Under the pieces are notes generated by a model. It had not been told where the DNA came from and searched no databases. It saw nothing but the letters and a program-made list of their open reading frames with translations. Source: Oikopleura dioica (Eukaryota; Animalia; Chordata). From it: a DNA stretch of 64,000 bases. A program made the translations under genes and the position numbers. The DNA is taken from the NCBI GenBank assembly GCA_907165135.1, contig OU015569.1:6882001-6946000 (forward strand), read 5' to 3'. Position 1 is the first letter of the stretch. Every line of letters begins with the position of its first letter. Positions 12,754 to 24,500 of the stretch are shown here, in pieces.

Positions 12754-15677
12754 ATGGATAAAGAAGATGATCTTCAGGGCTTTGAAGATCCCATGAATTC
12801 GCATTTGTCGCTGTCAGGCGGACGAAGACACAGTTTCGGAGCTTCCGGCTGCTTAACTGACGATTTCTTGGAGAGTGTGAACACGCTCAACAAGGATAAA
12901 AGGTAGAAACTCGTCGTTTATGCTCATTCTTATTTGTAGTAACTCGACAGACAGGCTGAAAAATGCCCACGAAGAAGAATTAAAATTCTTTAAAACTCCA
13001 CCAAGGGTCAAGAGGCAAGCCTCAAAACAATCTATGCCCGGTCTGCTTGCAGATGTTTATAATAAAAGTAAGTTATAAGCTTGGGAAGCATTGGTCTTGT
13101 ATAAATCATATGCTTTCATGAGTTTCAAGACTCACTAATGTTCAAATGGGCATTTTGCCAAAAGAAAGGATCAAATAATTTGAGACTACTTTCGCTGTTA
13201 AGATATGATGAAAAGTAATTTTATAAAAAGTATGCCCCAAACCTGGCTAAATTAACACCAATTGACTTATTTTATGGTAGTTTCATAATTGCACGCCACC
13301 ATTAAATGGAAATAGCTCGTCAAATTTTCCTAATTGTGTACATAAATTATTCCAATCATCAAATTCGCCGGCTTTTCATGGATTAAGGACTAAGGCACCT
13401 CCTTATGGAATAATGAATGCAATTTTTTTCCTTGTTAAAACGGCGATTTTAGAGACTTTGGCCTTCCAAGATGTATCAGAGCATGATGAAGACGAGGAAT
13501 CGGACGAGAACGGCAATTTAATTCTCAGCGAGAAGAAAAAGAGTACGTCACATAAAAATGAGTTGGAAGAAGAATCAGACGAGGACGAAGGCCCAGCCTG
13601 GGACTCAAAATTCCAGTATTTACTCGCTCTTCTCGGCTGGGCAGTTGGTCTCGGCAATATTTGGCGATTTCCCTTCTTATGCTGGAAGCATGGTGGCGGA
13701 GCTTTCTTGATTCCCTATACAGTACTACTTATCTTCGAAGCTTTTCCCCTTTTCTTCTTGGAATTACTTTTTGGTCAAGTGCATCGAGTGGGTAGTGTAA
13801 AATTATGGTTCAAGTTTGACAAGAGGGCGCTTGGTATTGGCTGCGCTAGGTAAGTGTCAAGTCTCGTTTCTTTTGCTTCGGCTTGACTCATTTTCTAATA
13901 ACCTAAGGTGTCCTTTTGCATTGGTTAACGACAGCGTTCAGTGCCGTCACATGTCTGCTTATCGCCCTTTACTACAACGTAATTCTTGCCTGGGCGGCGA
14001 TCTATCTTGGCACCTCCTTTTCAAAGAAGCTCCCTTGGACCGACTGTCCGACTATCAACGGAACACCAGTGCAAGAATGTGCAGAAACTAGTCCGACAGA
14101 GTACTACTACTACCGGAATGTTCTTGACTTTTCCGGCTGGGGAGAGGAGGGCTCCAATGACATCGTTACGAAAGTGCTCGTCTCCAATGTGGTTGTATGG
14201 GGATTGGTCTTCATTTCTTGTGTTAAGGTAAATTGCTTGATTTCAAGAGTAAAATTGAGCTTGTATTTAGGGCATTTCATCCGCAGGAAAAGCCATGTAT
14301 GTGACTGTTATATTCCCCATTGTTGTCCTCACGATTTTTTCTTCCGTTCTATAACTCTTCGTGGTGCTTCCGGTGCTATAGGAATGGTTTTCACGTGAGC
14401 TTATTTCAATCGAAAACAACCAATCATACGAATTCTAGTCCCGATATTTCGAAAGCTTTCAAAATTGGAGCATGGAAAGACGCAGCCATTCAGACGTTTT
14501 TCAATCTCGGCTTAGCGTATGGTACAGTCATCTCTTACAGTTCTTTCAATCCGAGGAAGAACAACTGCCAGAAAGACGCGATATTTGTTGCCACAGCCAA
14601 TTATATTGTCTCAATTATCGCTTCGATGACGGTCTTTGGAATCGTCGGCTTCAAAGCGCTCAGCAGTACCGACCGATGTATCTTGGGCAAGCTCGACGAC
14701 AACGAGCTTGCAACTCGAATGTTGCCGGTATTCGGAGTCGACGCAATTAATAAGACGACAATCGAAGCAGTGACCGATGTGATGGAATCGAAATCTTACG
14801 CTGGCTTTGAAGAATTCGCGAACTGTTCACAGGTATTCATAAATTTCCCTATTTATCGACTAGCTCTATCATAAGGATACGATGTTGAGCAAGTTCCAAG
14901 GAGGCCCCGGTTTGGCATTCATTGCGTTTGCCGAAGCGGTCACAAAGCTTCCATTTCCTCAGCTCTGGTCGGTCCTATTCTTCGGAATGATTTTGATGGT
15001 TGGTATCTCCTCTCAAATCGGAATTCTTTTGGGCTTTTGCTCCCAATTCACGATACTTTCCTTCAAAAGAAAATCAAACAGTCCTACTTCACTGCTGGCT
15101 CTTGTGTTACTCTAACGCTTGTTGGAGTCATATTTTGGTAGAGGTTACGACTAGTAGCTCATCTTATCACATTTTCTAGCCTTCGAAGCGGGATCCAGTG
15201 GCTTGACATCTTTGATAGCAACGCATCGACTATCCCTCTTCTGGTTATCGCATTTCACGAATGTATAATGTCGGCAGTAGTCTACGGCGTCGAAAAAATC
15301 CGCAAAGATATCAAATCGGCGCTCGACTATATTCCAACTGTGCAGCCGTTCTGGGATATTTGCTGGAAGCTTATCTCGCCCGTTTTGCTCGGCGTTATCA
15401 TTGGATTTTCATTCGTAAGTCTGATAATGAAATCGCCTCTCAGTAAATCATTTTCTCTCAGTATGACCTGTTCACAGCGCCCGTCAAGGTGTCTTACTGG
15501 GACTCGGTGACATTCACGGGGCCTGACAAGGCAAGCGCTCCTAACTTCAGTATCTTCTGCCTCTACCTCATTCTGTTGACTCCACTGATGATGATTCCTA
15601 TCCAGTTCGTGCTCCAGACGATCAAGCTCCGTCGTCAAAGAGCGTACAAAGAGGCTAACAACAACAATATCACTTAA
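12754..15677 (+). CDS. SLC6A: SLC6 sodium:neurotransmitter/amino-acid symporter
   Basis: Motifs [70 protein letters not shown] and [17 protein letters not shown]. Confidence 0.96.
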
Positions 15678-16579
15678 AACGACAGAGTCGAAGCAGAAAA
15701 TGTTGACGAAAAGAAAACTAAAATAAACCTTGACAGAACTAAAAACGGATAAGAATTCATGAACTTTTCTTTTCATTGACTCGTTTTCACAGCTCAATTC
15801 TTAACTTTGTTCAATTTCCTCGTTCCTCCTTCAATACACAATCATTTCAAAAGTGATTTTAGTTTCAAATTACTTCCAGGTAGATGCGCTTTCTTCAATT
15901 CTCAACACGATGAGAAGATACCGATGATAGCAGGCCCATGTCCGGGATTAAAAGATTGGTGCCACCTCCTGGCGAAAATCTTTTGCCACTAGCTAATCAC
16001 AAGCTTCGAGACTCGTAGTGATGACTTAACCCCTGACTTGAGTTTTCTATCATCGGTACATGCGTAAGGGCCACCCCTTCTATCAATAAGCTAATTTCTA
16101 ATAGTTATTTTTATTTTCTGTCGACTAGACACAATTGAAGTTTTTTATTGCAAAAGAATATTCGTCGGTCTAGTTAATTTGCCAAACTTTCCCTCGATGC
16201 TAATCGTAAGTTATTAACAACGTTAAAATTCATATTATACACAACCGAAACCTCCCGCTTTAAATTAATCCTGATGCTTGCCACTTTCTCCGGCAAAAAA
16301 ACAGTATATTGTAAATTGGCGACAATATTCATTTCTTCTTTTACAAACATCACTTTACACCGGGTAGAAAAATAAAGCCTAATTTTCTGCGAATTTAATC
16401 CGCAAAGCTTACTGTTTGCTTGTAAAATAAAATAAGTTCAAATCGTCTAGGTAAGTGCTTCTAGCGCAAACTGCTTTAACATTTGCACCCTATCTTTATT
16501 CTTTATTTAATAATCTATCAATAAATGTAATTGTATAGGTCAATTAAGTCAATCTTTTATTTTTCCAGCAGACTTCGAA

Positions 16580-17468
16580 ATGAGACAACAACTGTCGAAG
16601 CGTGTTTTGTCGGTTCCGTTTTTCACCGCTCGCCCACGAGGTGGGGCCCAGAATCCCACTCCGGAGAACATGAACTGGAACACCTACCAGTCCGCTGTTT
16701 GGGCTCGCGAAGACACCGACATTAAGCTCGATGGTTCTACCCTTGCTGTAAGATCCTTGATGAATTCAGGTCATTCGTATTGATTAATTTTAGGATAACT
16801 TCCGCTTGCCACGATTTAACCGTCTCGGAAAAAAGCCTGGTGACGCTGTGCACTATCACGAGCCGCAACTCGACGGGTGGCAACACAAGGTCGACTTGAA
16901 TTACAACGTTGGATGGTCTCGACTGCGAATCCCGGGACCTGTGGACCCAGGTGAGCGGTTTATGCTGCAAACCGTCTAAATGTTTAGTTAACTGGCGACC
17001 GGTGACTTCCGAAGAAGAGGATCTCTTCCATAAGCGTCGCGAGCACGCTGCCAAGACCCGAAGGAAGTTTTGGAACTGGCGATACAACCCAAAGACGGAG
17101 GGTTACTTCTCCGAGGCATGGTCTGATCGACGAGTTACTCAGCAAGATTGGTCGAACTCTCAATGGTTCAGAATGACTTCTAACCAATACTGGAACTCTA
17201 CTTATTGGCTGCTGGTAAGCGCAATTCGCAGTAGAGTAGCCTATTCAACGTTCAGGCCAACACGTGCCGATTCATTATGATCATGTGGGCTATCTACGAG
17301 TACAACCGATGGCACCAGCATAACTCCAAGTACGGACGACCTTACGCTCCTGCTACCGATGGAGCCAACTGGGAAATCGAGGTTATTGATATGGACCGTG
17401 GCAACTACACTCCCATCGGTTCTTTTGCTCAAGGACAGTACACTCCATTCACTCCTGAATCAAGCTAG
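16580..17468 (+). CDS. Probable mitochondrial protein, NDUFB4 (complex I B15)-like with N-terminal extension
   Basis: Four exons with GT-AG introns give about 245 aa. The segment IPGPVDPVNWRPVTSEE...RREHAAKTRRKFWNWRYNPKTEG...WFRMT followed by a hydrophobic segment aligns by eye with NDUFB4 LPETLDPAEYNISPE...[23 protein letters not shown]...NFRPT. The N-terminus is Arg/Ser-rich. Confidence 0.55.
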
Positions 17469-17570
17469 ATTACGAGAATCAACAAACCGTTCAAAATTAA
17501 TTATTTATTACTGTCTCTGGTTCATAAAAATAAAGTATGAAATGATAAAAGAGCTTGCATACCGTTCAGA

Positions 17571-18446
17571 ATGTCTATTTCGCGAGTTAGTCGCCGTTTT
17601 TATATTCAAGGACAAAATGGCATACGAAAGAATGAAAGGGAATACTTTTATCGCATAAATCATCAAGGTCTAGTCGATTTGTAAAGCATAATTACGACAC
17701 CAAAGTTAGGGCAACTGTTTCTGCACGACGCGAAAGTAAAAAACTTTATAACATGCTTCAAGGAGCGAGGGTCCACTCATGTCTCGTAGACTGGTGCGCT
17801 CCCCGCGAGTCTTCTTTCCACTAGCCCCAGGCTATCACGTTCTGATTGGAAGCGCTGGTGGACCCCGCGCAAGGATCCTGTATTTTTGAACTTTTTTTAC
17901 AAACGCATTCGGTAACTGAACGTTCTAGCAACATAAATATCATCATGGTTGCATTTCAGGCCAGTCAGAGAAAAAGAAGCGCGTCACGAGGGTTTTAACT
18001 GGATATCTCCTTGTGGACACGAGAGTAATTTCATCCAAGTGGATCTACTTCCCGTCATCTTTGATAAGATCGACACCAAAAACCACCTGATTGACTCCAG
18101 TAACACCTTCAGAAATCGGTTCAGAATTTCGCCGATAATACATAAATTTTTTCGTTCAACCGTTTATCCGTATTATTCTCGAAGAAGACCGAGAATGAGA
18201 CATAAATTTGATCCCTGCTCTCTTTTTATGGATGAAAATGGAGTTATGTTCCACACGGGGCCAGAAAAATTAGGATGTGTTGCTGCCATTAAATCACCTG
18301 GATTAGCAGAGCTCATTTTTGAAAAAATAACTTACGAAAACGACATAATAATTGCATATGACGGCATTCCAGTTAACAACTTGGAGTTACAAAATAAATT
18401 GAATGTTCTCATTGAATACAATCTTTTAGGAAACACTCTTCATTAG
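17571..18446 (+). CDS. C8orf82: UPF0598 / C8orf82 homolog
   Basis: Spliced product YIQGQ...REYFYRINHQGQLFLHDAKVKNFITCFK|DPVFLNFFYKRIR...FNWISPCGHESNF...LPVIF matches the C8orf82 motifs REYFYYVDHQGQLFLDDSKMKNFITCFKDPQFL and FPFLSPCGRERNF. Confidence 0.9.
17763..17873 (+). mobile_element. Transposon-like (introner-like) GA-AG intron in C8orf82
   Basis: 111 nt, about 61% GC. CAAGGA direct repeat at 17759-17764 and 17870-17875. Inverted repeat core GGGTCCAC / GTGGACCC near the two ends. Retention gives an in-frame TAG at 17787-17789; removal restores the conserved FK|DP junction. Confidence 0.75.
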
Positions 18447-18541
18447 CAAAATAACACTCTTTATCGTTCTATTCCGAAACAAGCCCTCTTATTTGATCAT
18501 ACTTAAGAACATCGCATTTTAGAATGTTCTAACGCCGCAAG

Positions 18542-21500
18542 ATGACCCAGGGAAGACATAAGGAGACGAACCAGTTTCGTTTTCGTTCTTTCAACGAACG
18601 AATTCAAGGAAAGGTTACTTCTTGTAAAAAAACGACTTGAGTTTATTATGTCTTATCTCTATTCATCGAGTAACGTTACTGACAGGCGTTCGGGTATCTG
18701 CTGCTCATCGTTTACGAAGTGATCGGGCTGTAAAACTCGCTGCAGAAGATGCGGAGTCAGCTTTTGTTGCTTCGATTGTCAGATGGATGGAATTGGACCT
18801 CTCCCGGCCGTTCCAAATGTTCACGCGCGAACTAGGAATAAAAGTCGACAGCTATGCTCTGGTCATCGTTAACCAGGACATGATTTTCAACACTCTATGT
18901 CGACACATCTCGCTTAAACATCTAGAAGAAAATAGGAACTGGTTTTACCTTTACAACTGTAATTTGCCATGAGCTTTTATTTTTAAAAATGCTCGTAAAA
19001 ACCTCAATAAAGTCGTCTAGCATTACCTGCCCTGCTTGAGTTTTTCGTCGCCTTGTCGACAGACTTAGCATCGGACTTCAACAAATACTTTTTCAAAACA
19101 TTTGATCGTGTTTGCGATCTTCTGAAAACACAGGATCTCGAACTTTTGGAACACATATTCACCTGCTTATCGCGTCTAATCAAGCTCTCGCAGCGATACC
19201 TCCGAGAAGAGATCTTCAGAACGTTGCGTTCTTTCGTCGAATTAGTGACAAAAGACACACGCCCCTATATCCAGTCATTTGCCGGCGATGCGTTTGCGTT
19301 TCTCCTTCGTAAACACGCAATTACTCCAAACTATAATGTCTCTTTCTGGTCAAGAATATTTAATGATTTTCAAAAGGAAGATAACTCGTCGTCAGCTACT
19401 TGGGATGCCTTTGGTATGTTGGTTTTTCAGGCTGTCCGTGGTGTTCAAAATGGACTGGACTCCCGATTTCAATCAGTTATGAAGCCTCTCCTGGCCTGTG
19501 AAGATCGGGGTTCCTCCGAAACTATCCAGAAATCGCTTGAACTTATTTTTGGACATATTCACCGCGATAAAGCAAAAGATCTTCTTTCTCTTCTACTCTC
19601 TACCGTTATGGAAGAAGAAAGAAGAATCGAGGTCCTCACGCAGCTAGTCGACTTCAAGGGCGGTGTTTGTGTATATGACGTGGAGAAAATTCTTTTATTC
19701 ATCAAAAGCCGTCACGACGAAAGGTCATTTTTCGGCTACACTGAACTTGTACGAGCTCTCCTGCAGTCAATAATTCCAATTGGGAATCAAACACGTGGCC
19801 ATCTTATCTTTTATCTGCGTGAGGCGTTGATGACTGATGAACAGGGAACACGAATTATACAAATATTGCATTCCATCGTGGGGAAAGATTGGTTCGGCTG
19901 TGCAATTCAATATTACGGCGCATCTTCGGAAAATAGCCTGATGACGGACATTGCTTATGTAGGCGCTCGTGGTTCCGCTGAACAAGCTACAATTATCGCG
20001 TTCTTCCTCGCATATATCAATACAAGATATGCCTCCTGCATGTTTGAGGAACATCAGTTCAAGATTTTTGATTCGATGACTACTGAAGCACGACGAGCAC
20101 TTTCAGACAACTTCTTATCGAAAAAATCAGTCGATCCCGAGCTCTCTTGGCCAGCACTGTTCATTCTAAGTCACCTGGGAAGTAAAATAGCGTCCTTGGC
20201 GAACTACAAAGAACAGATTCGAAAAATATCCGACCACTGCAAAGGGCAGCTCTACTTCGTCACTGGATTTGAAAAGACTATTATCGTTGATTTAGAAAAG
20301 AGTCCTGCCAATCTCAGTTTACTGAGAGCTATGAAAGCGGCTCTTTTTTATTCGCAATATAAATTTGAGGGCATCGACAAAGAAAAGATAGAGAAGATAG
20401 TCGCGCCTAATTTACAACACTGGAATTACGCCGTTAGATTCTACTCCCTGCAAATCCTGATCAGGATCTGCGACGATACAAAACAACTCGATATTTTCAA
20501 CACTTTGCTGGACGCAGAACAAGAAGGAGTCTCTATGGCCACGTACAGAGATCGATTGAGATTCCTTCGAAAGATTGGAACAGCGCTCCACGCAGAGGGC
20601 ATTGGAAGTCAAATCTATTCATATTATCTCTACGGATCGCTCACGATCAACTTTACTCTTCTTAGCCAAGAGACGAGAAAACTGTTGTCGGATAACCTTC
20701 GACGGCAATTCGAGAGTGATAGAAAATCAACGGCGGAATTCTGGCTAAATCACATGGAAAATAGTATGAAATATATCACTTCTGCTCCTGAAAGTCACGA
20801 AGGCGACTACTGTAAAGATTTTGTGGATTTCCCTGACCTCAAAGCAGCATTTTGCCCAACAAGAGAAGGAGTGAAAGAATTACCAGATTGGCTGAATATA
20901 CGAGATCAAGTTTGGAGCATTTCTGAGTCACTTGCGGACTTTCTCGAGCCATTTTCGAAAAAGATCATGCCAATGTTTTTCGATTTTTATCAAGAAGAGT
21001 ACGTACGCAAACTCAAATTCCAAAATGTTCTTCCACTGGTGAATTCCTCTGAAGACAAGGCCAAAGTATCACGTCAAAAGACGAAAAAGATGCTTGAGAG
21101 TGTACTCAAGCTATTTGCTAAGTTCAAGAATCCTACTTCCCTGTACCGCGAGCCAGAGCTTAAAGCAATATGTATTGAGCTTTTGCTTCATCAGGATTTT
21201 GTTCTTCAGCGATGTGCAGTGGATTACTTGGCAGCATACAAAAAATCAGTGGCTGCTCGACATCATGTCTTACTTCAAGAACTTTGCGACAATGGTGCTT
21301 ATCGCTCCAGATTCACGAAACTTATGTCCTCTGACCATGAGATCAACGTGGTCGACTACGATCAAGTTGTAACGTATGCACTGCGCATATCCTTCGGGAA
21401 AATGCTCTCGCAGATCAAAGAAAAGGCGGGTAAGAATTCAGCCCAGGTTCGCCAAAAGTTCATTGTCCGGCAAATCGCAGACTCTGCTGTTGTCCACCTT

Positions 21501-24500
21501 CAGAACTTTTATGATCTGTCAACTCAATGTCTGCCCTACCTGATAGAAGCAAACGACGGATCAAAATGTTGGCCACTTGGGAAGCAAATTGGAACACTGC
21601 AGACCATCCACGCCATCATAAACAATGTGAACTGGGGTAGTCAAGAAGTTATGGAAAGTTTCCGAGTGCAGATTTTAAAAGCTCTGGTCCAGTTCGGAAA
21701 CTACACCGCCTTTTTACTCAGCCTCGAAAATGTGCGTCCAATGTGCAAGAGCCAACTTAAGGATATACGAACCCTTGCAATCAAATCGCTGCTAGACCTC
21801 TCCGAGCGGACGAAAATACCGTATTTGGAAGACGAAAAGGAAATCATCTTCAAATGGATTGGTGGCTTGATTGTCAACATGAAGCAAGATAGTATTGACC
21901 AGGTTGGACCTACACATCGTCTTGTTTGTGCTTGGGCAGGTTCCGAATACACGAGAGACATGTTGCTTTTCAAGCTCGATGAATTCACTGTTCTCTATCA
22001 TTTGGTTTCTCTTCTTCAATGTTCGAACGTAGGAAAACCTGTGGTTGCGTCAATCATTAAAGTTGTTTCTCAAATTTTCGCCGATAAAGAGGATTATTGG
22101 CCAGAATCTCTTCGCAACGCTGTCGACAGAATCATTCCAATACTAATAAATTACTTTGTACCATCAATCGAGAACAGCAAATCCGGTGCAATGGACAAAG
22201 AAACACTCCAGCTCATCATTCTCATCTCACTCGACATCGACCAACCAGAGTTTTGTTCTAAACTCATTTTCATCATTCTTGATCAGTTTAAATCAAGAGT
22301 ACAGCATCTCAAAAAAGAATTACTGTCAAGTATAGCACAGCTAATACCCAAAGCAGAGGATAACGAGAGCGATCAGAGTCTGTTTGCCAGTAAGCTTGTT
22401 GGACTCATCACAACAGTCGGAGATGAGACTGGGGTACGGATGGAGCTTGTAAATTGCTTTGAGGCTCTATCCAAAAAAAGTAAAAGCTACGAGGGTATTT
22501 TTAAAATCGTTCGAGGATTCAATGCAGTAAGAAAACATCTTCACGATCCAATTGATTTCGATAAGAGAATAGACACAATAAATTCGCTTACCGATGAGGC
22601 AAATACCTTGCCAGACTTCAGCCAGAACTTTCTCTATTGGAGATGCGTCATGGTTAGCTGCTTGTATCAATTCAAAAGTGTGGATGACATGTCAATTCAA
22701 ACCGCCACAAATCGTCTGATATTCTCAATTATCGAAAAGATTGACTCGCAAAAAGATTCTAATTTTTTCGTGCAGTTAATAAAGGGTGTTGTTCTCCCTG
22801 AAATTCGGCGAATGTTGAAGTCTCGGAACGAAAGGTTAAGACACGAATATGTTGGTATTTTCGCTAAACTGGTGGTCCTTTTCTCGACTGATCCCGAACT
22901 TGGACAATTTTCTGGGCTATCAAACGATGATCCAGATCAAGACTTCTTCCAGTTAGTGACACATATTCAGTACCACAAAAGACGTCATGGGTACAAGATC
23001 ATTGTTTCATATATAAACGATGGTCATATAAAAGGAATCGCTGCTAGTCGATACGTGTTTCCTATCGTGTTGAGCACCTTGCTAGACCCGAAATTAAGTG
23101 GTCAGACTGCAGTATTGGAAGAAGCTCTAGATGTGGTCGGGGCAATCGCGAGATCCATGCCTTGGAGTACTTACCGACGACTCCTGGATATGCAGCTAAA
23201 CTTGGCGCTAAAGAACTCTAAGGTTTCGACTGATCAAAAAGAACCAGACAAAAAATCGAAGCGCACAATCATGCCTCAACGAGATCATGAGGCTGAGTTG
23301 AAAATGACGGTCAAAATCATTTGCAAAGTATTGGACTCTGTCCACTGGCCCCTGGACAAGCTAGACGATAATTTCATTTACTCGGTAACCAGATTTTCTC
23401 GGGAGAGCGGCGTCACTATTAAACATATTCGCGAGTTCGAAGAGATTCAATTACAGAAGGAAAAGAAATCCGATGAGGAGAGCGACGAGCCAATGGTAAT
23501 CGATGCCTTGAAATCGAGTGAAGGTCAAACTATCGATGATCACGAAGAAGAACCAGACGAGATAGTAAATGAGCCCGAGGAGAGCGATAATGAAGCGGAT
23601 GATGACACGATGGAAGTCGATAAGTCTACCGAAGACAAGTACCCGATTCAACTTCTCAAGAAAGTTTACACGCATTTACACTTGGTCGTCCGTCCAAAAT
23701 TGTATAAACTGGTTACCCGCCGAGAAGATGTTAATGTGGACGCAGAAGCAGACGAGCAAGTTATTCACATTCCACTAGCTTCTGCCCTGATTAAAGTTCT
23801 TTGCACTCTTGGCGAGGAAGCTATCCGATCTTACTGTCCATCTATAATTTTGAAAATTGTGGATATGCTTCGATCGAGGAACTTCTCTCAGCGTGAGATT
23901 GCAAGAAAAGCGCTCGTTTCTGCATTAAATATTCTCGGCGATAGGTGGTTCGGCCTTTTCATTGAGGAGCTCAAAGCGGGTCTTCAGCGTGGCTACCAAA
24001 AGCATGTCCAAATTGCGTCTATCTCGGCGCTACTTCATGGCCATGACTATGAATCTGGTGCTGTTGACGAGCAGATTCCGGCGATTACGGAAACTCTTCT
24101 CAGCGATCTCGTCGGTGAGCAAGGAAAAGAGAAAAAAATTGGAAAGATTGTTGGGAAGACACCCGAAGCAAAGGGAAAGAACTATTCGATCGGATGTTAC
24201 AAACGTCTAGCGCAAATCGTTTCTCCTGGTGCCTTGACCTCGCTGATGCAACCAATTAAAGATCGTATTCTAAAATCAACGGATTTAAAAGATCACTTGG
24301 CACTCTTTAGTGCATTGAAGGCGATATGCGAAGGTTTGGTATCTAATGACGCATTCATTGGTGATCATCTGATCATTCTCTCTGCTCAAATTCTAACTGA
24401 CAACGCTGCCGAAGAAGAAAAGCAAAACGAAAGTGCGGAAAGCAAGCAAGACCAGTCACAAAAGAAAAGTTGCCTTCTTCTGGACGATAATGATACCGTC

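Noticed and set aside
15800-16300. Exon-like GC-richer patches between SLC6 and the NDUFB4-like gene
   Set aside because: Every tested splice combination hit early stops, and there is no recognisable product.
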